Source: a virus
IMG/VR virus record: IMGVR_UViG_3300032397_000010
Coordinates: 6,131-70,130 of that record
Length of the DNA: 64,000 nucleotides
Strand: one strand, 5' to 3'
Shown here: in pieces, positions 10,153 through 20,590 of the stretch
Position numbering within the stretch: the first letter of the stretch is position 1
How the letters are laid out: the number at the start of each line of letters is the position of its first letter
Translations under genes and position numbers: made by a program
Notes under the pieces: generated by a model
Told to the model about the DNA's origin: nothing
What the model saw: only the letters and a program-made list of their open reading frames with translations
Database searches by the model: none

Positions 10153-11060
10153 GCAGGATGAGTCTGGCGAACGTCACGAAGGGTCGCATCAAGAGCCCAG
10201 CGAAGGTGATGGTCTACGGACCAGACGGGGTCGGGAAATCGTCCTTTGGCGCGGCTGCGCCGAAGCCCGTCTTCCTGGGCCCGGAGGTTGGCACGGAGGA
10301 ACTCGACGTCTCGCGCATGCCGCATCCGACGCAGTGGCCGGAGGCGCTCGAAGGGCTGTCGGTGCTTTTCCTGGAGAATCACGACTACCAGTCCGTCGTG
10401 ATCGACACGGTCGATTGGCTCGAGCCCATGCTTTACGAGTTCATTCTCACAAAGGTCACGAAGATGACCGATGACTTCTCGGCTGGCTACGCGCTCGCCC
10501 GAGAGCAGTGGCGGCTGTTCATGGCCGGGCTAGAGAAGCTACGGGCCGAGAAGCACATGAACGTGATCGTCCTGGCGCACGCCGAGATCAAGGAGTTCAA
10601 GAACCCGACGGGACCGGACTACGACCAGTGGCGCATCGCGCTGCAAGAGAAGTCCGCAGGCCTGTTCCGGCAGTGGGCCTCCGACGTGCTCTTCGCGACG
10701 TTCGAGACGTTCGCTGCGAAGACGAAGGGCGACACGAAGGCGAAGGGCGTGAGCACGGGCAAGCGCATCGCGTACACGGAGTTCCGTGCCGGGTGGTACG
10801 CGAAGAACCGTCACGGGATGCCGTCGGAGATCCCGTTCTCGTGGGACACATTCGCGGAGTACCTGAACCGCGACGTCGAGAAGGACTCGGCGGCGCTGCG
10901 CGAGTGGATCACGAAGACTGCCGAGCAGATTCTGGACAAGGCAGTGCGCGAGAAGGTGCAGACGTTCCTGACGCGCAAGAACGTATCGATCGACGAACTC
11001 AGGTCCGCGCTCTCGCGTGCCGAGACGCTGGTGTACGAACAGACCGTAACGAAGGAGTGA
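10149..11060 (+). CDS. Sak4-like AAA_24 ATPase (phage recombinase)
   Basis: VYGPDGVGKS, VVIDTVDWLE, VLAH, AKNRHG motifs; follows the exonuclease. Confidence 0.88.
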   Translation: MSRMSLANVTKGRIKSPAKVMVYGPDGVGKSSFGAAAPKPVFLGPEVGTEELDVSRMPHPTQWPEALEGLSVLFLENHDYQSVVIDTVDWLEPMLYEFILTKVTKMTDDFSAGYALAREQWRLFMAGLEKLRAEKHMNVIVLAHAEIKEFKNPTGPDYDQWRIALQEKSAGLFRQWASDVLFATFETFAAKTKGDTKAKGVSTGKRIAYTEFRAGWYAKNRHGMPSEIPFSWDTFAEYLNRDVEKDSAALREWITKTAEQILDKAVREKVQTFLTRKNVSIDELRSALSRAETLVYEQTVTKE

Positions 11061-11066
11061 TGAACG

Positions 11067-11540
11067 ATGGGTAATCTGAAGGAAGGCATGTACGACGCGG
11101 GGCCTCTGACGGCGAAGCTGGTCGTGTCCTCGAAGAAGGGGACCGAGATGATGGCGTTCGCCGTCATCGTCGATGACGGCGACGGCGGCAAGCACGAGTT
11201 GATCAAGAACGGCGGCCTGACCGAGGCGTCGCTCGCGTACACCGTGCAGGACGCCGAAAACCTCGGCTGCGACACCTCGCTGCCGATGAGCGAGTGGAAG
11301 GTGGACCCGAGTCGCAAGCTGCGCGTGCGGATCGAGATCGACGAGTACGGGCCGAAGGTGAAGAGCATCTTCGACGCCAACAAGGGCGTCCCGGCCGAGG
11401 CGATCCTGAAGAAGCAGGAGATGCCGATCGCGCGGCAGAAGGAGATCAGCGCGCTGCTCGCGGACCGCATCAAGGCGCTGAAGGCGCTGTCGCCCGGCGG
11501 CGGCGGCACGGGCGGAGACAGCGGAGGCCTGCCGTTCTGA
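11067..11540 (+). CDS. Putative single-stranded DNA-binding protein
   Basis: Downstream of Sak4; SKKGTEM motif; Gly-rich tail ending DSGGLPF. Confidence 0.6.
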   Translation: MGNLKEGMYDAGPLTAKLVVSSKKGTEMMAFAVIVDDGDGGKHELIKNGGLTEASLAYTVQDAENLGCDTSLPMSEWKVDPSRKLRVRIEIDEYGPKVKSIFDANKGVPAEAILKKQEMPIARQKEISALLADRIKALKALSPGGGGTGGDSGGLPF

Positions 11541-11552
11541 TGTCCGGGTGAA

Positions 11553-11575
11553 GCCGGGGGGCCTCGCCCCTCGGC
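11553..11575 (+). terminator. Hairpin after the SSB-like gene
   Basis: GCCGGGGGGC-CTC-GCCCCTCGGC. Confidence 0.4.
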
Positions 11576-11591
11576 CGGTGGGAGATGCGCG

Positions 11592-12188
11592 ATGGCGAGC
11601 AGGACGAAGTACCCGACGGTCACCCTGGACGAGAACGAGATGGCGTTCGCTGGGAGCATCGGTGTGGCTCGTCAGACGCGCAACATGTTGCTGGGCAAGA
11701 AGGACGCTCATGGCACGAGTCCCGATCAGCAATGGGAGATGCATGTTCGCGGTGCTCTTGGCGAGATTGTTCTCGCAAAGCATCTTGGGGTTCTGTGGAA
11801 CGGAGATCCGGGTGACCCGGATGCCCATGACGTGGCCGGGTACTATCAGGTTCGCGCCGCCTACAACGAGAAAGACAGCCTGTTGCTGCATCGTAAGGAC
11901 GAGAAGAAAGGGGATGCTCCGTTCGTCCTGGTGACCGGGAAGGGTCCATCTTTCGGACTGCGCGGGTGGTTCCTGTACCGCGAAGCCAAGGGCGTTGATC
12001 GTTACAGAGATGACCCTTCCAAGAGGGGCGGTGGGCCATCGCGACCGTGTCTGTCCGTGCCGATCGACGATCTACACGAGATGTCTACTTTGGAAGAAAA
12101 GCCATGGGGACCATGTCGCTCCTACTCGATCCACGAGGAATGGCTACGCGTTATGCCTTTTCTGTACAGGAAGTCGCTACCGTTCTGA
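11592..12188 (+). CDS. Phage hypothetical protein (possible restriction-like fold)
   Basis: GALGEIVLAKHLG..DV..YQVR..LRGW pattern; RBS present. Confidence 0.55.
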   Translation: MASRTKYPTVTLDENEMAFAGSIGVARQTRNMLLGKKDAHGTSPDQQWEMHVRGALGEIVLAKHLGVLWNGDPGDPDAHDVAGYYQVRAAYNEKDSLLLHRKDEKKGDAPFVLVTGKGPSFGLRGWFLYREAKGVDRYRDDPSKRGGGPSRPCLSVPIDDLHEMSTLEEKPWGPCRSYSIHEEWLRVMPFLYRKSLPF

Positions 12189-12195
12189 GGGGACC

Positions 12196-13666
12196 ATGGA
12201 CTACGAGTACGAGCGCAAGTGGGTCAGCTACAACAAGAAGTTCGTGGACGTGACGGTCGCGCAGTTGCGCTGCCTCCATCTCGCGAGCGACTGGCTGCAC
12301 GGTCTGCACCACGCGCCCGACACGGTGCGTCCGTTCTGTGACGACGCCATCGAGTTGGTGTTCCATCGCGGCAAGACGTTCGCCACGTTCGACTTCGACG
12401 AACTCACGCGACTCGTGTTCCTGGCGCATGACCAGTGCATCCGCGCTGAGATCGCGTCGGCCGGGATGCACCTCGCCGTGAGGCTCTTCGCTCGACACAC
12501 CCGTGAGGGCAGCACGTCGTCTCGGCACCCGACGCTGCCGGAGGTCGCCATGCGGTGGACCGAGCGGCAGGGCACGGTGTTCCCGTGAGGACGGTGCGGT
12601 TCACCGACGAGCAATTGCGCGACGTGACCGAGGTCTACGAGGGCGTCGCCAACGAGCCCGGCGTGGACCGCAGGGCCCGCATTATTGCGTACGGCATCTA
12701 CATCGCGTGTCTGCGGGCGGCGTGCGACGTGGCGTTCCCTGGGCGCGTCTCAAGGATCGCCAGGATTCCGATTCAGCGGATAGGAGCAAGACGATGAAGG
12801 TCCACAGCGTCGAGAAGCGAGACGGCTACGAGATCCGCATGATGACCGATGGGTACATCACCACGACGCCCGTGCCGATGGCGTACACGCTCGACGGGCA
12901 CTATATCGGCAACGAGAAGGACGCCAAGCTCCTCGAAGAGATGGGCATCAAGCCGGAGCTTGCGTCGCGCGACAGCAACATCTGCTCCGTCGGGTTCTGC
13001 GAGCGCGAGCAGAAGTGGTACGGCTGGTCGCACCGGGCCATCGCCGGGTACGGCATCGGCGACGTCGCGAAGGAGGACGACGGCTGCACGCAGTCAGGGT
13101 TCACGCCGGAGTACGAGAAGGCTCACCCGGAACTCGTGATCGCGGTGCCGGTGGGATTCGAGGCGAAGACCTTGGACGACGCGAGGCGGATGGCGATGGC
13201 GTTCGCCGAGAGCGTGTCGTGATCACCACGCTGCGGTTCAGGCTGCCAAAGGAACGCGCCGACCTGCAGGCTGCGCTGAAGGCTCAGGCCCTGGCGAGCG
13301 CGTTGCGGGCACTCGAGGACCGGCTGCGGTCGTTGCGCAAGTACGGGCTGCCGGACGACGTGAAGAAGAAGAACCATGCCCAGTGGGTGATCGAGTCGCT
13401 GTCGGACCTGCTGCACGATGAGATCAGCGATGCTGGTCTTCGGGAGGTGCTCGATGAGTGAAAGCACGTCGATACTGGTCAGCGAGATCGCGCTCCCGCG
13501 AAAGCGGGTGCAGGTGCTCAGGATCGCGCTCGAACCGTTCGCGCGGCTTGGCGTGGAGTACGGTGAGAAGAACTGCGCCGATGCGGTAATCACGCTGGTC
13601 ACGCTGGACGGCAACGACCTGTTGAGGGCCCGTGCGGTCCTGGAGCAGTCCGATGACGAAGGATGA
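12196..13666 (+). CDS. Cluster of small hypothetical genes (12196-12588, 12585-12797, 12794-13222, 13219-13461, ~13454-13666)
   Basis: Translationally coupled ORFs with phage-like codon usage. Confidence 0.55.
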
Positions 13667-14786
13667 GGCGGGAACGCTGGTGCTCAGGATCGAGGATCTG
13701 ATGAAGGCCATCGTGAAGGACGCCAAGGTCAACAACTTCTACACGGCGAAGGCCGTCGGCGAGGCTGGAGACGCGCTCGAGAAGGTGCTGACGACCGACC
13801 AGTGCGATACGCCGGAGGAGCGCGACCACGACTGCGCCCGCGAGGACTGCGCGTGCGAGGCCGAGCGGGCCAGGATGGAGCGGGACGCTGCGCTGGTTCG
13901 CCTCGAAGAGCGCGAGCACGACATGCACCTCCGTGTCCGTGCGGGCTACGACAAGACCATCGCGGATACGTGGCGCGCGGAGGTCGCGAAGGTCACCGCT
14001 CGTGCCGAGAAGGCCGAGCGGGATCTGGCCTACGTGAACTCGCTGAACGAGGCCACGCGCGACCAGATCGCAGCGGTCATCATCAGTGAGGCTGACCGTG
14101 CCGAGAAGGCCGAGCGGGAGCGTGATGAAGCGCGGGCCGAGTTGGTTGCCGACTCGAAGCGGGCCCTCGAGATCGCGAAGAAGCTCACGTTGGAGAGGAA
14201 TGAGGCGCAGGCCGACGCGGCCGACGCTCGTGAGATCCTCGACACGGATCGGCGCAAGGCGTTGAAGGAGATCGCGTGCCTTCGCGAAGAGCGTGACGCG
14301 GCCAGTGTCGAGGTGGATAGGTTGACGCGGGAGATCGCGGAGGTGGACGAGGGGCGCTGCCGCGCGATCGACGAGCGAGCAACGACCGAGCGCGAACTCG
14401 CAGCGCGCACGCGGCAGCGGGACGAGGCACGCGCGCTGTTCGGGCGCGAGTCGGACGCGTGCGAGCAGGCGATCAGAGAACGCGACGCCGCTCGCGCCGA
14501 GATGGCAGCGCCGCAACCCGCGTCCGCGACGAGCGCCGGGTGGCCGCACGCGATTGCCAGCGATGCCGCTGCGCTCATGGCGGCACTGGCGTGCCCGCAC
14601 AACAACTCCGCCGAGTGCGACTGCGACACGCTGCGGTCGCTCAGCAAGGCGTTGGCAGAGGCGACTCCTGGAACAGGCATCGGCATTCACGTTCACACTC
14701 TCGAGCGCGTCGCGGAGCTACGTCGGACGTCGGTGTGGCCGAGGGTCGTTCGTTGGGTATGCGGTCTAAGCGCGGAGGTGCAGTGA
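13653..14786 (+). CDS. Coiled-coil protein
   Basis: Repeated ERDEARA/ERDAARA heptads; N-terminus is paralogous to 62169-62462. Confidence 0.7.
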   Translation: MTKDEAGTLVLRIEDLMKAIVKDAKVNNFYTAKAVGEAGDALEKVLTTDQCDTPEERDHDCAREDCACEAERARMERDAALVRLEEREHDMHLRVRAGYDKTIADTWRAEVAKVTARAEKAERDLAYVNSLNEATRDQIAAVIISEADRAEKAERERDEARAELVADSKRALEIAKKLTLERNEAQADAADAREILDTDRRKALKEIACLREERDAASVEVDRLTREIAEVDEGRCRAIDERATTERELAARTRQRDEARALFGRESDACEQAIRERDAARAEMAAPQPASATSAGWPHAIASDAAALMAALACPHNNSAECDCDTLRSLSKALAEATPGTGIGIHVHTLERVAELRRTSVWPRVVRWVCGLSAEVQ

Positions 14787-15210
14787 TGACGACCGAGGAG
14801 AACGGTTGCTTGTCGTGCCAGCGGCTTCGACACAGCGTACTGGACATGGTGCATCAGATCAGCGTGCTGAAGGGACAGAACCTGCGGCTGCGGCGCAAGT
14901 TGACGGCTGACGATCTCGCGGTGTCGGCAGAGAGAGCTACCGCCCTGCGGTTGCTCGAGGATGTGTCCAGGTACGGACGGAGGGAAGCCTGATGAGTGAT
15001 GTGTTGCCGGATCTTCTCGCCGACTTGAATCGCGTTCGCGCGATCGTCGAGGCGGCCAGGAACTACACCATCGCGTACGACGCGCTGGTCGCCGCGAAGG
15101 CGGCGTACAACGGCCGAGGTGCGTCACGCGACGAGCGCCTGCTCGACGCGCTATGCGAGGCCGAGACGCATCACTCGAGCGTCCTGTCGGATCTCAGGAA
15201 GGCTCTGAGA

Positions 15211-15234
15211 GAATAATATCGCACGATCCGCGTA
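15211..15234 (+). promoter_or_regulatory. ECF-sigma-like promoter copy 1 (GAATA-N15-CGTA)
   Basis: Same spacing as the copies at 18415, 19029 and 21277. Confidence 0.6.
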
Positions 15235-15245
15235 CAACGTATGAT

Positions 15246-15356
15246 CTGCCACGAAACGACCGCTCCGGCGGCGGTCTGGATGTTCCGGGCCGCTGATCCT
15301 CTCGTTGTAGTTTGGGGCGCGGGGGTCGTGACGTCGGAACGGTCGTTTCGCGGCAG
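15246..15356 (+). ncRNA. Putative structured RNA or leader (three-way junction)
   Basis: ~25-bp closing stem plus two internal G.U-containing hairpins, directly after a promoter motif. Confidence 0.5.
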
Positions 15357-15367
15357 AAGGCAGGAAG

Positions 15368-16213
15368 ATGGACGAGGCGCTCGAGTTGGAATCGGTTCGC
15401 GGCACTCAGACGGACGATCCTCGGTGGCGCTGGCGTCACCCGCTCGTCCGGCAGGGCGCATGGTCGCGGATCTACATCTCGAAGGGCGCGGCCCTGGCTG
15501 GGGCTGCGATGGCGCTGAAGCACGCGCGGAAGGAGGCGAAGGATGGACTGGGAAAAGAAGGCGGTTGATCTGGCCGAGGCGCTATCTCTGACGGACGACA
15601 TTGATGTGTTCAGGGCCTCGTTGGTCGAGGTGCATGGACTCGGCGTGTCGGAAGGGCTGGAGACGTGCGCGAAGATGTGCGACGCGAACGCGCTTCGACT
15701 CTCCGGGAAGGCGGATGGATTCGGACCCCATGACCATCCTGACAGCGCGCACGTCTACCGATTCGCGGCAGATTGCATGCATCAGCTTGCTGTGACGATC
15801 CGCAATCACCGATCTCCGCCCGTAGATGCGCCGGTTCCTGCCGAGATGGAGGTATGCAGGTGCGGTCACTTCCGTCGGTCCCACAACGGAGTGGGTTTCT
15901 GCGACGGCTACGAGGACGAGTGTACGTGCAAGGCGTTCGAGTTGTGGACGCTCAAGGAGCAGGGGCCGTGAGCGACATGATCGGTGACGCCTACGAGGCC
16001 GGACGGCGCAGCGCGCTCGACCTGCTCGATGAGGTGATCTCGGCGCTGCCGAAGTGCGAGACCGCAGGGTGCGACGCCATCGCGCTGTGGCACTGCTTCG
16101 GGGACTACCGTCGGTGCGACGGACATCGCGGAGTCCATGCGTGCGCGCTCGGGTGCGAGACGGAGTACGGGTGGGCCGACGCGGTGCGCAAGCACCTGAA
16201 GGAACCACGCTGA
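15368..16213 (+). CDS. Three small hypothetical genes (15368-15568, 15543-15971, 15968-16213)
   Basis: Coupled ORFs with Cys-rich C-termini. Confidence 0.5.
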
Positions 16214-16542
16214 TGTGCTTCGACGCGGAGCCCCCGGAAGCGTTCTGGCAGTGCGTCCGGCGGGCGCGCAAGGAGCACCGTTGCTGCGAGTGTCGCATCA
16301 CGATCGAGCCAGGAACTCGGTACGAGTACGTGAGCGGCATCTGGGATGGCTACGCGAACTCGTACAAGACGTGCCTCGGGTGCGTATCGCTGCGTGATGC
16401 GGTGGTCGAGCACGAGCGCGCGGCAGGATGCTTTGGCAACGAGGCGTACCCGCCCCTCGGTGACCTGTACACATCCGCCCATGATATCGGGATCGTCTGC
16501 TACGTGCCGTGGCGGGATCAATACATCGAGGAGGCATCGTGA
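16213..16542 (+). CDS. Zn-finger phage protein, copy 1
   Basis: ARKEHRCCEC..I.PG.RYEYVSGIWDG..KTCLGC; near-duplicate at 61834. Confidence 0.75.
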   Translation: MCFDAEPPEAFWQCVRRARKEHRCCECRITIEPGTRYEYVSGIWDGYANSYKTCLGCVSLRDAVVEHERAAGCFGNEAYPPLGDLYTSAHDIGIVCYVPWRDQYIEEAS

Positions 16543-17414
16543 TCGACGCTGGACCGTTTCCGTGGCTGGGTCTCTGTTACGGCGACGTGCTTGACGTGCG
16601 CCCGTACGATGGCGCTCTGCCAGAACTGCTGATCAACATTCCACAGTCAGAGATTCGCGTGGGCCTCTCGCTCGACACCGAGACGACCGGGATCGATCCG
16701 AAGACGTGCAAGGTGCTCGAGATCGGCATCAGAGCGTTCGCCTACTCGTGCGTGGACGGTTCGATCCTGAGGATCGTTGACACGTATGACGCGTTCCAGG
16801 ATCCAGGCGAACCGATCAGCGAGGAGATCACGGGCATCAACGGGATCACCAACGAGATGGTCGCTGGCAAGTCCATCGACCTGGATCGCGTCAGGTCGAT
16901 GCTCGACGTAGCCAGCATCGTCATCGCGCACAACGCAGGCTTCGACCGTCCGTTCGTGGAGGCCATGGGGCCGATGCCGTCGAAGGTGTGGGCCTGCTCG
17001 GACAAGCAAATCGAGTGGAAGGCGACGCACGGACTGCCGAGCGCGCAACTGCAGACGCTGTGCTGGTTGCACGGGTTCTACTCGCTCGCGCATCGAGCAG
17101 GCTCTGATGCGGCATCGCTCGTGCGCCTGCTCGCGACGCGCAACGCGAGGACGGGGAACACGTACCTGCTCGAGCTTCTCGAGATGTCGCGGCTGCCGTG
17201 GATCCGAGTCTCGGCATACCGGTCTCCGTACGAGACCAAGGACGTCCTGAAGCGGCGTCGCTACCAGTGGGACTCTGACAACAAGGTCTGGCACCGGACG
17301 ATCGTCGAGCCACGACTCGAGGAGGAGATGGCGTGGCTGCGTACGAACGTGTACGGCGGCGGCGTCTGCAAGGCGGGTACGAAGGCGATCGAGATGACGG
17401 AGAGATTCCGATGA
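16539..17414 (+). CDS. DEDDh 3'-5' exonuclease (DnaQ/epsilon-like)
   Basis: LDTETTG, IAHNAGFDRPF, AHRAGSDA motifs. Confidence 0.92.
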   Translation: MIDAGPFPWLGLCYGDVLDVRPYDGALPELLINIPQSEIRVGLSLDTETTGIDPKTCKVLEIGIRAFAYSCVDGSILRIVDTYDAFQDPGEPISEEITGINGITNEMVAGKSIDLDRVRSMLDVASIVIAHNAGFDRPFVEAMGPMPSKVWACSDKQIEWKATHGLPSAQLQTLCWLHGFYSLAHRAGSDAASLVRLLATRNARTGNTYLLELLEMSRLPWIRVSAYRSPYETKDVLKRRRYQWDSDNKVWHRTIVEPRLEEEMAWLRTNVYGGGVCKAGTKAIEMTERFR

Positions 17415-17689
17415 GCTTGGAAGCAAGGTTCTGGTCGTTCCACCACGAGAATCCTCGCGTCTACGAACGACTGACAAAGCTCGCGCGACAGGCGAAGCGT
17501 GCTGGTCGAGACCGGATCGGGGTCAGCATGCTGTGGGAAGTGCTCCGCTGGGAGTACGCCATGAAGACGACGGCCGGTGACGGGTTCAAGTTGAACAACA
17601 GCTATCGGTCGCGGTACGCGCGGCTGATCATGCTACAAGAGAAGGATCTCGACGGTCTGTTCTTCGTGCGGGAGTTGAAGACATGGTGA
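17411..17689 (+). CDS. Conserved phage hypothetical protein
   Basis: FH.ENP.VY..LWEVLRW..FKLNN.YRSRYARL pattern. Confidence 0.65.
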   Translation: MSLEARFWSFHHENPRVYERLTKLARQAKRAGRDRIGVSMLWEVLRWEYAMKTTAGDGFKLNNSYRSRYARLIMLQEKDLDGLFFVRELKTW

Positions 17690-18162
17690 GCGAGATGCGA
17701 ACGATGGGCGACGCGGCTGCGCGCGATCTGCTGCGGCTGGCGATGTACGCTCGTGAGACCGGCGTGCGACTCGAGTGGCTCGCGGAGTACGCCGAGAGCG
17801 GGAAGCTGCCGAGGGTCACGGGAAACGGCAAGCCTCCGAGGGGCACGTCCGCTCTCGAGGCTGCGCTGACGGCGTGGAACGTGAACTACACGCTGTCTCT
17901 CGTGACGCCGGAGCACGCGTTCCGGCCGATGCTCGAACGGGTCCATGCTCGGTGGCGCATGGATGCTGGGCTGCCGCTGTCGCTGGCGCAGTTCTGTGTG
18001 CTCGCCGGGAGGAGCGATTCGCTCGTGCGTTGGTGGATCAAGACCGAGAAGCTCAAGGCCTACAGGGACGACGACCACGGGTTGCGCCCGGCGGCGGGAC
18101 GACCTCCAGGCGTCTGGATCAAGGCAGCCGACGCCAGGGCGTGGCTCGATGCTGCTCGATGA
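17683..18162 (+). CDS. DNA-binding protein with excisionase-like HTH
   Basis: LSLAQFCVLAGRSDSLVRWWIKTEKLKA. Confidence 0.55.
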   Translation: MVSEMRTMGDAAARDLLRLAMYARETGVRLEWLAEYAESGKLPRVTGNGKPPRGTSALEAALTAWNVNYTLSLVTPEHAFRPMLERVHARWRMDAGLPLSLAQFCVLAGRSDSLVRWWIKTEKLKAYRDDDHGLRPAAGRPPGVWIKAADARAWLDAAR

Positions 18163-18187
18163 CGACGACGACGACGACGACGACGAC
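18161..18187 (+). repeat. (GAC)9 microsatellite encoding poly-Asp in ORF 18149-18412
   Basis: Directly visible in the sequence. Confidence 0.85.
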
Positions 18188-18447
18188 CCCGAGACGACGC
18201 CGAGGACACTCGCCGAGGCGCTGAGAGGCACGGTCGTGGCAGCCTACCGCACGGCGTATCTGGCGCGGCGAGGAGCGGGGGAGGCCCTGCCGCCCTCGCC
18301 GGGCGACGTCCTGGCGGTGATCCGACGCTGGTGCGAGACGGGTCTGGGTCTGGATGACGTGGAGCGGTTGTGCCTGGAATTCTCGCTGCCGACGCAGAAT
18401 CGGTCTGACTGAGAGAATATTCTCAAAACCGTGGCGTACAACCCACC

Positions 18448-18993
18448 ATGAGCACGTTCATCACGATCCCGGCGGCAGCGATCGACGAATACCTCACCAG
18501 CAAGGCATTTCGGCGCTGCGACGACGGTCGCACCGAGCGCACCTACGAACGCGTGGGCAAGGCCTGCCCGTCGTTGCGGATCGTGGTCTGGTCGAGCGTG
18601 CCCCCCGAGGGCGGCGTGACCCGCGCGGTCGGCGAGGACGCGATCCGTGTCGCCCTGGTCGCCGCGCTGCCCGACGGGAAGCGCCGGTTCGCGCTGCACA
18701 AGGCCCGCCGGATCCACCGCACGGGCTCGGTCGAGAAGGTGCTGGCCCGTGTGCTGGCCCGTGTCCTGGAGGCCGCCGAGGCCGCCAAAGCGTACGGGGC
18801 CCCCTGCCCCCGCTGTGCCGCGCCCACGTACGCCGACAGCGGCCGGTGCATCGTGCGGGAGTGCCGGGAGGCCGTCCCGGCCCCGGCGGCCCGTCCTGTG
18901 CCCATGACGGCCCCCTGCGCTCACTGCGGCGCGGCGACGTATGCGGATTCCGGCCGTTGCACGGTCCGGGCGTGCCGCGAGGCGCACCGGTAG
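18448..18993 (+). CDS. Hypothetical protein with duplicated C-terminal Zn finger
   Basis: PCPRCAAPTYADSGRCIVRECREA / PCAHCGAATYADSGRCTVRACREA. Confidence 0.7.
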   Translation: MSTFITIPAAAIDEYLTSKAFRRCDDGRTERTYERVGKACPSLRIVVWSSVPPEGGVTRAVGEDAIRVALVAALPDGKRRFALHKARRIHRTGSVEKVLARVLARVLEAAEAAKAYGAPCPRCAAPTYADSGRCIVRECREAVPAPAARPVPMTAPCAHCGAATYADSGRCTVRACREAHR

Positions 18994-19072
18994 AAAACGA
19001 CGGTATTCCGATGGGTTACGATTTCCGAGAATAATCACGCGGGGCAGCCGTCCAAGACTCAGGAGCACGAAA

Positions 19073-20545
19073 ATGACAACGACGAACAGCACCGCGTTTC
19101 CCCCGTCCCCCGCGCAGGCCGCGATCCTCCACGAGGTGACCGAGGGCGCAGGCAATCTCATCGTCCAGGCCCGCGCGGGCTCGGGCAAGACCGCCCTCCT
19201 GGCGATGGTCTGCAACGCGATCCCGCGCGGCACCCGCGTCGTGGCGCTCGCGTTCAACACGAAGAACGCGAACGAGTTCTCCACCCGCCTCCGCGCTGGC
19301 GTGGACTCCTGCACGCTGAACAGCCTTGGCTACCGTGCCGTCCGCGCCCAGTGGCCCGGCGCGCGCCCCGAGAACAACGCCGAGCGCGACCGCGCGATCC
19401 GCGTGCTCCCCGAGAGCATCGCCCGCTACGCCGCCTCGTCGCTGGCAAAGCTCGTGGGCCTCTGCAAGGGCTGGCTGGTCAGCGAGCCCCAGCAGATCCT
19501 CGCCGTCGCCAAGCAGTACGACGTGCTGCCCGAGACGTACTGGCGCATCTCGCCGTCGCAGTGGGCGGGCTACGTCCAGGGGTGCCTCGCGCTCTCGACT
19601 GAGCGGTCGTCCAGCATCTCGTTCGACGACCAGCTTTGGCTGCCGGTCGTCATGGGCTGGTCGATCCCCGAGTTCGACTGGGTGCTTGTCGATGAGACCC
19701 AGGATCTCAACCCGTGTCAGGTCCAGATCGTGCTCCGCGTGATGGCCCCCGGCGCACGCTGCCTCGCGGTTGGCGACCAGCGTCAGTCGATCTACGCGTT
19801 CCGGGGCGCGGACGTCCGCAGCATGTCGCGCCTCCAGGCCGCCCTCGGCGCGAAGGAGTTCCCGCTCTCCGTGAGCTACCGCTGCGACCGCGCGATCGTC
19901 GCCGAGGCGCAGCGTCTCGTGCCGGATCTCGAGGCCTGCGAGACCGCTGGCGAGGGCCTCGTGCGTGAGGGCCGCGTGTCCGACCTGCTCGCGCAGGCCG
20001 TCGGCGGCGACTGGATCATCAGCCGGAAGAACGCGCCGCTCGCGAGCCTGTGCCTCCAGCTTGTGCGTCTCGGCAAGACGGCCCGCATCCTCGGCCGCAA
20101 GGACTCGTCGGCGGAGTTTATGACCCTGATCCGCCGCTCGAAGGCGGCCACGGTCCCCTCGCTGACCGCGTGGCTTGTGGGCTTCGAGAAGAAGGAGCGC
20201 GAGCGCCTGATGGTCGGCGGCAAGGAGGATCTGATCGAGGCCGTGATCGACCGCGTTGAGACCCTCTCCGCGCTCTGCGAGGGCCTGGATACCGTCACCG
20301 AGGTCCAGGGACGCATCGAGACCCTGTTCTCGGACGAGGCGCTCTCCGGCGCGATCGTGCTGTCCAGCACGCACCGGGCGAAGGGCATGGAGGCCGACCG
20401 CGTGTTCCTCCTGATCGACACCTACCGCCCCGGCGCGAGCGCCGAGGAGGACAACCTGCTCTACGTGGGCATCACGCGCGCCCGCCACGAACTGGTCTAC
20501 ATCGAGGGCGCGGACAAGCGCGGGAAGAAGCCCGCGAAGCGGTAG
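19073..20545 (+). CDS. UvrD/Rep-like SF1 helicase
   Basis: ARAGSGKT, LAFN, VDETQD, VGDQRQSIYAFRGA, STHRAKGMEAD, LYVGITRA; RBS AGGAG. Confidence 0.93.
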   Translation: MTTTNSTAFPPSPAQAAILHEVTEGAGNLIVQARAGSGKTALLAMVCNAIPRGTRVVALAFNTKNANEFSTRLRAGVDSCTLNSLGYRAVRAQWPGARPENNAERDRAIRVLPESIARYAASSLAKLVGLCKGWLVSEPQQILAVAKQYDVLPETYWRISPSQWAGYVQGCLALSTERSSSISFDDQLWLPVVMGWSIPEFDWVLVDETQDLNPCQVQIVLRVMAPGARCLAVGDQRQSIYAFRGADVRSMSRLQAALGAKEFPLSVSYRCDRAIVAEAQRLVPDLEACETAGEGLVREGRVSDLLAQAVGGDWIISRKNAPLASLCLQLVRLGKTARILGRKDSSAEFMTLIRRSKAATVPSLTAWLVGFEKKERERLMVGGKEDLIEAVIDRVETLSALCEGLDTVTEVQGRIETLFSDEALSGAIVLSSTHRAKGMEADRVFLLIDTYRPGASAEEDNLLYVGITRARHELVYIEGADKRGKKPAKR

Positions 20546-20590
20546 CGCGGGCGGGACACGGCCCCCGATCCGGGGGCTCAAGGAGAGACC

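Noticed and set aside
16213-16542. Diversity-generating retroelement TR/VR pair with 61834-62172
   Set aside because: No reverse transcriptase in the window, and the differences are not confined to adenines.
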